Source of the DNA: Coprobacillaceae bacterium
GTDB lineage: Bacteria > Bacillota_I > Bacilli_A > Erysipelotrichales > Coprobacillaceae
Length of the DNA: 32,000 nucleotides
Direction of reading: 5' to 3'
Assembly (NCBI GenBank): GCA_963675915.1
Contig: OY780959.1
Span: 270,001-302,000, forward strand
The position numbers and the translations under genes were made by a program. Positions within the stretch are counted from its first letter, which is position 1, and the number at the start of each line of letters is the position of its first letter. The notes beneath the pieces were generated by a model that did not search any database, was not told where the DNA came from, and was given only the letters and a program-made list of their open reading frames with translations. This document shows, one piece after another, positions 1-8,774 of this stretch.

Positions 1-639
1 TACCAGCGGCTTGAACAGGCCCGTGAAGACGGTCCGTTTTTGAATATCGATGATTTCATTTTTAGGATGGATAATAAAATCAACTCCCAGACGATGATGG
101 CACTGATTGATGCGGGGTGTTTCCACGAATTCAATCATCCGCCCCATGAAATCAAGGAGAATCTCTTCGCCCATGTCGCCAAGTTCGAAAATGTGAAGAA
201 ATTCAACCTCGACAAGATTGCAGCTGACGATCTCGAAGTGGCCTACAAGGATGAATGGAACGACCGCAAACAAAATGCAATCAATCTGGAATTGGAAAAA
301 CAGGCCTTGGGTATCTATCTTACCGCCCATCCGCTGACCAAGTTGAAACAGTCAAGACATGTCGAGACCGATATTATTGATCTGACCAGCCACATCGATA
401 AAAAGGTAAGAGTACTGATGACTTTGACCAGAGTCAAGGTCATTCAAGATCGAAACGGAAACAACATGGCCTTTATCGAGGGTCAGGACGAGACCGGAGG
501 GATTTCCGGTGTTCTGTTTTTTGAAGCCTATCAGCGGTTTGCGAAACTGTTGGTACGGGGGACCAATCTGATTGTCGAGGGCCGGGTGGACAATTCCCGG
601 GAACTCCAGATTGTAGTCCAAACGATAAACCATGTCTAA
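1..639 (+). CDS. dnaE: DNA polymerase III alpha subunit DnaE, C-terminal end (5' part lies upstream of the window)
   Basis: Frame 1 is open from base 1 (YQRLEQAREDGPFLNIDDF...), so track ORF 40..639 is only the tail of a longer gene. An 'ELEKQALGIYLTAHPL' block is followed by a C-terminal OB-fold-like segment (VRVLMTLTRVKVIQDRNGNNMAFIEGQDETG...IVEGRVD), as in DnaE C-termini. Stop TAA is at 637-639. Confidence 0.75.
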   Translation, partial: YQRLEQAREDGPFLNIDDFIFRMDNKINSQTMMALIDAGCFHEFNHPPHEIKENLFAHVAKFENVKKFNLDKIAADDLEVAYKDEWNDRKQNAINLELEKQALGIYLTAHPLTKLKQSRHVETDIIDLTSHIDKKVRVLMTLTRVKVIQDRNGNNMAFIEGQDETGGISGVLFFEAYQRFAKLLVRGTNLIVEGRVDNSRELQIVVQTINHV

Positions 640-648
640 AAGGAGAAT

Positions 649-3258
649 ATGATGGATAGAATTATTTTAATAGATGGAAACAGTTTGCTGTATCGGGCGT
701 ACTTTGCTACGGCAGCGATGGGCAATCTGATGATGAACAAGGACGGAGTTCCGACCAATGCGGTATACGGCTTTTCAAATATGATGGAGTCGCTGCTGCG
801 CCAGGAACCTAAATACATCATGGTCGCCTTTGATTATGGCAAGAAAACTTTTAGAAATGATCTTTTCGACGTCTACAAGGACAACCGTTCAGCGGCACCG
901 GATGAACTGGTGGTTCAGTTCTCGATGGTAAGAGAATATCTTGAAGCCCATGGGGTCGCTTTTCAGGAAGTCGAAGGATATGAGGGTGATGATGTCATCG
1001 GGACAGTAGCTACGAAACTGGCCCAAGAAGGTATTCAGGTGGATATCGTTACCAGCGACAAGGACATGCTTCAACTGATTGATGAAAATGTCCATATTCA
1101 TCTGACTAAAAAAGGAGTCAACAATATCAAGGTCATGGATGTCGCCGCATTTAAGGAAGAGTACGGACTGATGCCTGATCGGATGCGGGATATCAAAGGG
1201 CTGATGGGTGACAAGGCCGACAACATTCCGGGGATTCCCGGAGTAGGTGAAAAAACCGCGCTCAAGCTACTTCACCAGTATGACACGATTGAAAATCTGG
1301 TGGCCAACACCCATGAACTCAAAGGCAAACTGAAGGAAAAAGTGGAAAACAACACCGATATCGCCCTGCTTTCCAAAAAAATCGCCACCATCATCACTGA
1401 TGTCCCAATCGAAATCGATATGGATGCCTATGAATATACCGGGTATGATTATGACAAACTGGCGGCTTTCTACAAACGCTATGACATGAACTCGCTTTTA
1501 AAGAAAATGGGAGTCAAACAAACAACCAAACCGGAGACCTTCGATTACGAGGTGGTCAGCTCAATGCCGACGGGGTTAAAGTCATTCGCACTGGCTGTGG
1601 CCATTTACGATGGCAATTACCATAAATCACCGGTTTTGGGTTTCGGTCTGATTGAAGATGACAAAGCTTACTATATTTCTTATCAGGATGCTGTCAATGA
1701 CGCTGGTTTCAAAAAACTGCTCGCAGATGAAAATGTCAAAAAGACGGTTTATGACAAGAAGAAAGTCAAACTGGCACTTAGATGGAATGGTTTGGAAATA
1801 AACGGGATTGATTTCGATTTGCAACTTGCTGCATACATCCTCAATCCGGCGACCAAGGACGAAATCAAACATGTGGTCGACCAGTATGCCGACCTGCCGC
1901 TTGATTATGATGAAAACGTTTATGGCAAGGGTGCCAAGAAACATATTCCTGAAGACCCGATTCTTGCCAGACATCTTTGCATGCAGGCCAAGGGGATCAA
2001 AGAAGTTAGAAAAGCTGTGGTCAAAGATCTTGAAAAAGCGGAGCAATATGACCTATATCAGGACATCGAGATGCCAGTGAGCGATATCCTCGCGGAAATG
2101 GAATTCCAAGGCGCTCTGGTCGACAAAAAAGTTCTCGATGAACTTGGCGATGAATTCAACACCAGAGTCGCCGAGCTGACCAATCAAATTTATGAACTGG
2201 TCGGACATGAATTCAAGATTTCATCACCAAAGCAGCTGGGAACAGTGCTTTTTGAAGAACTCGGCCTTAAAGCAATCAAGAAAACCAAGACCGGATATTC
2301 GACCAATGCCTCAGTTTTGGAAATGTTGATGGACAAGCATCCGATCATTGAACTGATTGTCGAATACCGCCGATTGACCAAACTGGTTTCGACCTATATC
2401 GTCGGACTCAAGGATCAGATCTTCAGCGATGGCAAGATTCATACCATCTACAATCAGGCCCTGACCCAGACTGGAAGATTGTCTTCGACTGATCCCAACC
2501 TTCAGAATATTCCAATTAGAACCAAGGAAGGTAAAATGATCCGCAAGGCTTTTATTCCAGCCAACGATTACCTTGTTTCTTATGACTATTCCCAAATCGA
2601 ATTGCGGGTTCTGGCCCATCTGGCCAATGTTGAGCCGTTAATCAAGGCCTTCAACGACGACCAGGACATCCACCGTTATACCGCCAGTGAGGTTTTCAAT
2701 ACACCTTATGAGCAGGTTACCAAAGCCCAGCGACAAAACGCCAAGGCGGTCAATTTCGGAATCATCTATGGAATCAGTGATTACGGTCTGGCCAATCAGC
2801 TCAATGTTTCCCGCAAGGAAGCAAAACAGTATATCGAAAGTTATTTTGACAAATATCCGCAGATCCAGACGTATATGGATGAAAATATCGCCAGCTGCCG
2901 GGAACTAGGTTATGTGACGACAATCTGCAACCGCAAACGTTATATTCCGGAAATCAAGGAAAAAAACAAAGTACGTCAAAGTCTTGGTGAGCGTCTGGCA
3001 ATGAATTCACCGATCCAAGGTTCGGCGGCGGATATCTTGAAACTGGCGATGATCAAAGTCGACCAGTCATTCAGAAAGCACAATCTAAAATCCAAACTGA
3101 TCCTTCAAGTTCACGATGAACTTATCTTCGATGTTCACAAGGATGAACTGGAATTGGTTGAGGCCCTGGCAATCAAAGGAATGAAAGAGGCATACCAGCT
3201 GAAAGTGGAACTGAAAGTTGATGGTTCCCACGCTAAAAACTGGTATGATTTGAAGTAG
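649..3258 (+). CDS. polA: DNA polymerase I (5'-nuclease plus family A polymerase)
   Basis: N-terminal 5'-nuclease (IILIDGNSLLYRAYFA; GDKADNIPGIPGVGEKTA). Pol motifs A DYSQIELRVLAH, B RQNAKAVNFGIIYG, C LQVHDELIF. RBS GGAG 642-645. The ATG at 652 is the better spaced alternative start. Confidence 0.97.
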   Translation: MMDRIILIDGNSLLYRAYFATAAMGNLMMNKDGVPTNAVYGFSNMMESLLRQEPKYIMVAFDYGKKTFRNDLFDVYKDNRSAAPDELVVQFSMVREYLEAHGVAFQEVEGYEGDDVIGTVATKLAQEGIQVDIVTSDKDMLQLIDENVHIHLTKKGVNNIKVMDVAAFKEEYGLMPDRMRDIKGLMGDKADNIPGIPGVGEKTALKLLHQYDTIENLVANTHELKGKLKEKVENNTDIALLSKKIATIITDVPIEIDMDAYEYTGYDYDKLAAFYKRYDMNSLLKKMGVKQTTKPETFDYEVVSSMPTGLKSFALAVAIYDGNYHKSPVLGFGLIEDDKAYYISYQDAVNDAGFKKLLADENVKKTVYDKKKVKLALRWNGLEINGIDFDLQLAAYILNPATKDEIKHVVDQYADLPLDYDENVYGKGAKKHIPEDPILARHLCMQAKGIKEVRKAVVKDLEKAEQYDLYQDIEMPVSDILAEMEFQGALVDKKVLDELGDEFNTRVAELTNQIYELVGHEFKISSPKQLGTVLFEELGLKAIKKTKTGYSTNASVLEMLMDKHPIIELIVEYRRLTKLVSTYIVGLKDQIFSDGKIHTIYNQALTQTGRLSSTDPNLQNIPIRTKEGKMIRKAFIPANDYLVSYDYSQIELRVLAHLANVEPLIKAFNDDQDIHRYTASEVFNTPYEQVTKAQRQNAKAVNFGIIYGISDYGLANQLNVSRKEAKQYIESYFDKYPQIQTYMDENIASCRELGYVTTICNRKRYIPEIKEKNKVRQSLGERLAMNSPIQGSAADILKLAMIKVDQSFRKHNLKSKLILQVHDELIFDVHKDELELVEALAIKGMKEAYQLKVELKVDGSHAKNWYDLK

Positions 3259-3266
3259 GTGATAAT

Positions 3267-4076
3267 ATGCCGGAATTACCAGAAGTAGAAACTGTCAGAA
3301 AAACATTAATAAATCATGTCATTGACAAGACCATCGTCAATGTGATCGCGCTTTATCCCCGGATTATCGAGGATGAATTCGAAAACTTCAAAAATGCGGT
3401 GATCAACCAGAAAATCACCGATATCGACCGGGAAGGAAAGTATCTGATTTTCGTTCTTGAGGATGTAGCTTTTGTCTCGCATCTTCGCATGGAAGGTAAA
3501 TACAATATCATTCAAGAACCGCATTTTGCCAAACATGACCATGTCATTTTCGAACTTGATGACGGAAGTTATCTTGTTTATAATGATGTCCGAAAATTCG
3601 GGAGAATGGCCCTGGTCGATCATGACAGATACCGCAGCGAACTGCCAATCTGCAAACTGGGCAAGGAGCCTTTCGAGGCTTCAGTTGATGAAGTTTATCA
3701 AAAAATCCATCGTTCCAATCTGCCCATCAAGCATCTGCTGCTGGACCAGACCATCATGTGTGGCATCGGGAATATTTATGCCAATGAGATCTGTTTTAAA
3801 ATGGGGATCGATCCCTTTACGCCCGGCAAGGATCTTTCGAAAAAAAGAGTCGGCGAGCTAATCGAGGCCAGCAAGGAGATTCTGGCGCTGGCAATCGAAC
3901 AGGGTGGAACGACCATCCATTCGTTCTCGGCCAACGGGATTGACGGATTATTCCAGGTCAATCTCAATGTCCATCTCCAAAAACAGTGCAAGGTATGTGG
4001 AAGTGAAATAATCAAGGAAAAAATCAAGGGACGTTCGACATATTACTGTCCAAAATGTCAAAGGAGGAAATCATAA
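3267..4076 (+). CDS. mutM: Formamidopyrimidine-DNA glycosylase (Fpg/MutM)
   Basis: Canonical N-terminus MPELPEVETV. C-terminal zinc finger CKVCGSEI...YYCPKCQ. RBS AGGTGA upstream. Confidence 0.95.
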   Translation: MPELPEVETVRKTLINHVIDKTIVNVIALYPRIIEDEFENFKNAVINQKITDIDREGKYLIFVLEDVAFVSHLRMEGKYNIIQEPHFAKHDHVIFELDDGSYLVYNDVRKFGRMALVDHDRYRSELPICKLGKEPFEASVDEVYQKIHRSNLPIKHLLLDQTIMCGIGNIYANEICFKMGIDPFTPGKDLSKKRVGELIEASKEILALAIEQGGTTIHSFSANGIDGLFQVNLNVHLQKQCKVCGSEIIKEKIKGRSTYYCPKCQRRKS

Positions 4077-4996
4077 TGATACGTTGGGGTGTGATCGGTG
4101 CAGGTAATATTGCCACCAGATTCTTAAAAGCTATAAACAATATCGAAGGTCAGGAAGTTTATTGCATATCTTCGCGAAACCTTCAAAAGGCCACCAGTGT
4201 TGCTGAGCATTTCAAAGTGCCTTACAGTTTCGATGATTATCAGCGAATCTTCGATATGGATGTCAATTTCATCTATGTTGCCACGCCGCATGATTCTCAT
4301 TTTCAAATAACCAAGGAAGCCATGGCCAAAGGGGTGCCGATCCTGATTGAAAAACCGGTGACAATGACCTTGGAAGAGTGCGAAGAACTGATTGAAATGG
4401 CCAAAAGCGAAGGGGTTAAAATCATGGAAGCCCTCAAAACCTTGTTTTTGCCGGCTTATCGCAAGCTCAAGGTGCTTCTGGACCAGGAAATAATCGGGGA
4501 TATCGTCAAAATCGAAACCAGCATCTGCAATCTCGATGAGCGTTTCGACAGTTATCTTTACACTCCTAGCTGCGGGGGCAGCCTCTATGATATCGGGGTC
4601 TACAATGTGGCCTGTCTTGTTGATATCCTTGGGGATGAGTACCAGCTTGAAGCTGTGGAAAAAGTGGAAAAGGACGGGGTAAATCTCTATACCGTTGCCA
4701 AACTGGATTTTGGCGGGGTGGAAGCGATTGTTGAATGTGCGATTGACCGCAAGAAAGCCAATCAGATGATCATCACCGGGACCAAAGGGACTTTCACAGT
4801 GCCGCTGATGCACCGTCCCAAAGATGTCATTTTGACTAATGAGTTCACCACCCGGTTCCACCAGGGTTATGAGTATGATGATATGTATTCGCAAATTGTC
4901 GCATTCACTCAGGATTATTATGAAAATGAGATTGTGACATATGATAAAATGCGCACCATCGCGGCAATCCTGCAGGAAATCAAGGTAGCCAAATGA
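4076..4996 (+). CDS. Gfo/Idh/MocA family NAD(P)-dependent oxidoreductase
   Basis: MIRWGVIGAGNIA Rossmann start and LIEKPV motif. I prefer ATG 4076 over the track start 4055 because AGGAGG (4063-4068) sits 7 nt upstream and the ATG overlaps the mutM stop (TAATG). Confidence 0.8.
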   Translation: MIRWGVIGAGNIATRFLKAINNIEGQEVYCISSRNLQKATSVAEHFKVPYSFDDYQRIFDMDVNFIYVATPHDSHFQITKEAMAKGVPILIEKPVTMTLEECEELIEMAKSEGVKIMEALKTLFLPAYRKLKVLLDQEIIGDIVKIETSICNLDERFDSYLYTPSCGGSLYDIGVYNVACLVDILGDEYQLEAVEKVEKDGVNLYTVAKLDFGGVEAIVECAIDRKKANQMIITGTKGTFTVPLMHRPKDVILTNEFTTRFHQGYEYDDMYSQIVAFTQDYYENEIVTYDKMRTIAAILQEIKVAK

Positions 4997-5571
4997 TGGT
5001 AGTGGGAATTACCGGGGGGATTGCCTCGGGGAAATCGACCGTAACTAAAATCCTGATTGAAAAAGGATTCCCGGTCTGTGATGCGGATATTCTAGCCCGC
5101 CTGGCGATGGATGATCCGGATATCCTGAAGCAAGTCTGCGACAATTTCGACTGTTTTGAAGACGGCGTATTGAACCGCAAGAAACTGGGACGGATCATTT
5201 TTGGCGATGAAAGCAAGAAAGCCCTGCTTGAATCGATCATTCATCCCTATGTGATTGAGAAAATGCAGGAATTCGTGGTTGACCATCAAGATGCCAAAGT
5301 GGTTTTTCTTGATATTCCCCTGCTGTTTGAAAGCAACCTTGAATATCTGTGTGACAAGATTGTCGTGGTGGCGCTGGATCAAAACATCCAGCTGGCCCGG
5401 TTGCAAGATCGTGATGGCATTGACCGGGACTACGCCCTTAAAATAATTGAAAACCAGATCCCCCTGGCAGATAAGATAGCCAGAGCCGATATCGTGATTG
5501 ATAACAGTTTCGACCGGGCGGCTTTGGAAAGAAGGATTGATGAGGTGATTGAGGAGATATGGAACTATTAG
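4993..5571 (+). CDS. coaE: Dephospho-CoA kinase
   Basis: P-loop GITGGIASGKST at the N-terminus, ~190 aa. Start overlaps the upstream stop (ATGA). Position after mutM matches Bacillus-type synteny. Confidence 0.9.
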   Translation: MMVVGITGGIASGKSTVTKILIEKGFPVCDADILARLAMDDPDILKQVCDNFDCFEDGVLNRKKLGRIIFGDESKKALLESIIHPYVIEKMQEFVVDHQDAKVVFLDIPLLFESNLEYLCDKIVVVALDQNIQLARLQDRDGIDRDYALKIIENQIPLADKIARADIVIDNSFDRAALERRIDEVIEEIWNY

Positions 5572-6779
5572 CATCGAGCCGCTATGGCGTCAAATGTAAC
5601 TACCCGCTGGAACTTACCCAGGTACGGACCCTGAATGCGCTCTATCAGCCATTAATCGGCCATGAGGGTGTCAGCCTGTATCTGACGCTTTGCAGTGATG
5701 TCAAGCAACTGAGTCTCGCGAGAACCTGCTGTCCGGTCAACCGGATCTTGAAAGTGATGGGGATGTCGCTCAAATCTTTCAATGATTCTTTGAAAAAACT
5801 GGAAGCACTGCAGCTGGTCAAAACTTATATCTACAAAGATCAGGAAACTTTCCTGTTTGAAATAAACCCGCCCCTCGAACCGCTCAGGTTCATGGAAAAC
5901 AGTGTCCTCAACACCCTGCTTAAAGACCGGTTGGGTGAAGAGGATTACAACCGGACCATCATGAATTTCAAGATCCCGATTTTATCCACTGAGGAATACC
6001 AGGATATCTCTTCACGTTTTGGTGAGGTGTTTGAAATCGTCCGGGAAGAGGAAAAATTCACCGTTATGGCCAAGTCGATCATCAACCGGCCTGAAAACCG
6101 GATTTTTGACTGGGATTACAAACAGTTCGAGGAAGGACTGGCTACCTATCAGATCCCCGGCAAGCTCATTTCTGACAAGCTCAAAGAGCGGATCATCCAG
6201 CTGGGATCGCTGTATCGGGTTGATCCGATCACAATGCTTTCGCTGGTCAGACAAAGTTATGACAACAGTGAAATCAATGTCGACCGGCTGGCCCAACTGG
6301 CGCTGTCCCACTATGACCTGGTTGAACCGGTGACAATTGAAAATGCCTACCGCTATGAACCAAGCAATAATGCTTCAGGATCAACCCCTGAAGACCGGCA
6401 TATCCATTACCTCAAGACCTCATCGCCTTTTGAAGTCCTTCAGGACCACCAAGGCGGGATGGAACCGGTCAAACGGGACCTGAAAGTTATTGAATCGGTG
6501 ATGAGTCAGCTGGGACTCAATGTCGGAGTGATGAATGTACTGATCGAATTCACTTTGATGGTGTGCGACAACAAGATTGTCAAGAACTTCATGGAAGCCC
6601 ATGGAGCTTCGTGGCGGCGCTATAAAATCGAAACCGTGGAACAGGCAATCGACAAGGCCCGCGAATACAAGATGCAGGGCAGCTCGCCGGTGATCGAATT
6701 CGACAGCGATTTGAGCGCACCGACAACCGACTCAGCCGCTGATATTGATATCGAAGATATTCTCGATACGTTCAATTAA
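5559..6779 (+). CDS. Replication initiation / helicase-loading protein, DnaB (Bacillus-type) / DnaD-domain family
   Basis: N-terminal LNALYQPLIGHEGVSLYLTL resembles the B. subtilis DnaB/DnaD N-domain motif (QLYQPLIG). Acidic C-terminal tail. Located immediately upstream of a dnaI-like gene as in Bacilli. Assignment rests on recalled similarity plus synteny. Confidence 0.65.
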   Translation: MELLASSRYGVKCNYPLELTQVRTLNALYQPLIGHEGVSLYLTLCSDVKQLSLARTCCPVNRILKVMGMSLKSFNDSLKKLEALQLVKTYIYKDQETFLFEINPPLEPLRFMENSVLNTLLKDRLGEEDYNRTIMNFKIPILSTEEYQDISSRFGEVFEIVREEEKFTVMAKSIINRPENRIFDWDYKQFEEGLATYQIPGKLISDKLKERIIQLGSLYRVDPITMLSLVRQSYDNSEINVDRLAQLALSHYDLVEPVTIENAYRYEPSNNASGSTPEDRHIHYLKTSSPFEVLQDHQGGMEPVKRDLKVIESVMSQLGLNVGVMNVLIEFTLMVCDNKIVKNFMEAHGASWRRYKIETVEQAIDKAREYKMQGSSPVIEFDSDLSAPTTDSAADIDIEDILDTFN

Positions 6780-6791
6780 CAAGGAGATACT

Positions 6792-7649
6792 ATGGAAAAA
6801 ATCGATAAAATAAAAATACCTGATCTCGAAATGATCAAGCGCAACAATATCACCGAGCTGATGGCGACCGATATCATTCAGGATGTTTTGAAGAAAAACA
6901 ACTTCACCCGAAAAACCATCGAAGACAACTGGATCGAGTTTATCAACTATTATGATGATATCAAGACCTGTGTTGGCTGCCAGGGGCTGGAATTCTGCCC
7001 CAAGGCATCCAAAGGTTACAAGTACGAGATGCAAAGTGAAAACGGCCGGATCAAGCTGGTGGCGATGCCCTGCATTTACGGTCGGATTTTACAGCAGCAA
7101 CATGAGATTCTCTCAAATGTCATTGTTTCCAATATCGACAAGAAAATCATCCTGACCAGAGCCAAGGATATCGATCTGTCGGGCAACAAGGAACTCAAGG
7201 ATATCTATGTCGCTTTCAACAAAAACATCAACGAGGGCAAAAATCGGGGAATGTTCATCAAAGCGCCGATGTCCAAGGAAAAGCTGCTGGTGCTCGGATC
7301 GATTGCCCGCTACTATGCCTTGAAAAACAAAATCGGATTCATCAACTTTCCCAACTTCATCATCGATCTCAAGGGCCGGATGAGCTCGAGCGATTATCTT
7401 GAATCCCTCAATCATATCAAAACGGTGGAATATCTGTTCCTTGATGACGTTGGAAATGAATACGTTACCAATTGGTCGCGTGATGAAATCCTCTTTAGCA
7501 TCATCGCCTACCGCCTGCAAAATGATTTGGTTACTTACATTTCATCCGAATACGATCTCAAGCAACTTGTGAAATATTACACAATAAGATCAGGCGATGA
7601 ATATCGTGTTAAATCGCTAATTGAGAAAATGAAAGCGCTTTGTAGCTGA
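6792..7649 (+). CDS. DnaI-like primosomal helicase-loader homolog with a degenerate Walker A
   Basis: Cys-rich N-domain (CVGCQGLEFC...MPC). Walker B LFLDDVG (7434-7454) followed by WSRDEILFSII, colinear with B. subtilis DnaI. The P-loop position reads GMFIKAPMSKEKL (7248-7286) instead of GxxGxGKT. Confidence 0.65.
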   Translation: MEKIDKIKIPDLEMIKRNNITELMATDIIQDVLKKNNFTRKTIEDNWIEFINYYDDIKTCVGCQGLEFCPKASKGYKYEMQSENGRIKLVAMPCIYGRILQQQHEILSNVIVSNIDKKIILTRAKDIDLSGNKELKDIYVAFNKNINEGKNRGMFIKAPMSKEKLLVLGSIARYYALKNKIGFINFPNFIIDLKGRMSSSDYLESLNHIKTVEYLFLDDVGNEYVTNWSRDEILFSIIAYRLQNDLVTYISSEYDLKQLVKYYTIRSGDEYRVKSLIEKMKALCS

Positions 7650-7726
7650 TATTGGGTATTTATTTGATAAAATCATCGTTTTAGGTGTTTTTTATAATAA
7701 AATTTATTTAAAAAGATAATTTTTTA

Positions 7727-7735
7727 TGCTACAAT
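7727..7735 (+). promoter_or_regulatory. Candidate extended -10 promoter of pfkA-pyk (TGcTACAAT)
   Basis: TG 7727-7728 plus TACAAT 7730-7735, about 35 nt upstream of the pfkA ATG. No good -35. A second TATAAT at 7693-7698 is also possible. Confidence 0.45.
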
Positions 7736-7770
7736 TACTCGTGTTTATAAAAGATAAAAGGAGCTTATAG

Positions 7771-8730
7771 ATGGTTAAATGCATTGGTGTTTTAACTTCT
7801 GGTGGCGATGCGCCAGGAATGAATGCAGCTATTAGAGCTGTGGCAAGAACTTGCTTGAACAAAGGCATCGAAGTTTATGGTGTCCGTCAAGGGTATAAAG
7901 GGTTGTATGAAGGTAACTTCATGAAATTTGATACAAAATCAACTCGTAATATCATCAACCTTGGTGGGACAATCTTAAAATCAGCTCGTTTCCCGGAATT
8001 CAAAGACCCTGAAATCCGTAAAGTGGCAATCGAGCAAATGAAAAAAGTAGGAATGGAAGCATTGGTTGTTATCGGTGGCGACGGTAGCTACAATGGTGCT
8101 TTGAAACTTACTGAAATGGGTGTTAACTGTATCGGTCTTCCAGGGACAATCGATAATGACATCCCAGATACTGATTTTACTATCGGTTTCGACACTGCAT
8201 TCAACACTATCGTTGATGCACTGGATAAATTGAGAGATACTTCTTCTTCACATCAAAGATGTACTGTTCTTGAAGTAATGGGACGTACATGCGGAGATTT
8301 GGCTGTTCATTCAGGAATCGCTTGTGGGGCTGAAATCATCATTACCAGCGAAATCGGATTCGATCGTGAAGCGGTTATTGAAAGATTGAAAGAATCAAAA
8401 AGATCTGACAAAAAACATGCGATCGTAGTTATTACTGAACATATTACTGATGTAAATCAGTTAGCGAAAGATATTGAAGCTTCAACCGGATTTGAAACTC
8501 GTGCGAACGTTTTAGGACATATGCAACGTGGTGGTCGTCCATCAGGTCGTGACCGTGTCCTGGCTAGTAGAATGGGTATCGTGGCTGTTGAATTGCTTGA
8601 AAGCGGTAAAGGCGGACTTTGTGTCTCTGATGTCAGAGGTAAATTGGTCGGATTACCGATTGAACAAGTATTAGGTCATAGTCGTGAAACTGATTTTAGT
8701 ATTTACGAAGACGTAATCAAACTTCGTTAA
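7771..8730 (+). CDS. pfkA: ATP-dependent 6-phosphofructokinase
   Basis: [33 protein letters not shown] motifs. RBS GGAG 7760-7763. Confidence 0.97.
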   Translation: MVKCIGVLTSGGDAPGMNAAIRAVARTCLNKGIEVYGVRQGYKGLYEGNFMKFDTKSTRNIINLGGTILKSARFPEFKDPEIRKVAIEQMKKVGMEALVVIGGDGSYNGALKLTEMGVNCIGLPGTIDNDIPDTDFTIGFDTAFNTIVDALDKLRDTSSSHQRCTVLEVMGRTCGDLAVHSGIACGAEIIITSEIGFDREAVIERLKESKRSDKKHAIVVITEHITDVNQLAKDIEASTGFETRANVLGHMQRGGRPSGRDRVLASRMGIVAVELLESGKGGLCVSDVRGKLVGLPIEQVLGHSRETDFSIYEDVIKLR

Positions 8731-8774
8731 TATAATTTAAATTTTTTAGATAGATAAGGTGAGGAAAAATTTTA

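Noticed and set aside
1540-1700. Missing 3'-5' exonuclease ExoI motif (DxE) in polA.
   Set aside because: Loss of proofreading residues is the normal state for Bacillus-type Pol I, so it is not unusual.
4055-4075. Upstream-extended starts in the ORF track (4055, 14918, 18271, 20537, 22523).
   Set aside because: In each case a downstream in-frame ATG has a correctly spaced Shine-Dalgarno sequence. The extension overlaps the preceding gene, a promoter or a terminator hairpin.
4124-4894. 256-aa minus-strand ORF antisense to the oxidoreductase gene; similar cases at 1627-2046, 7113-7520, 20972-21358, 21884-22423, 28984-29934 and 30727-31413.
   Set aside because: All lie fully inside well-supported plus-strand genes. 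None has an RBS, and their translations are low-complexity with no motifs. They are typical antisense shadow ORFs produced by the codon bias of the sense gene.
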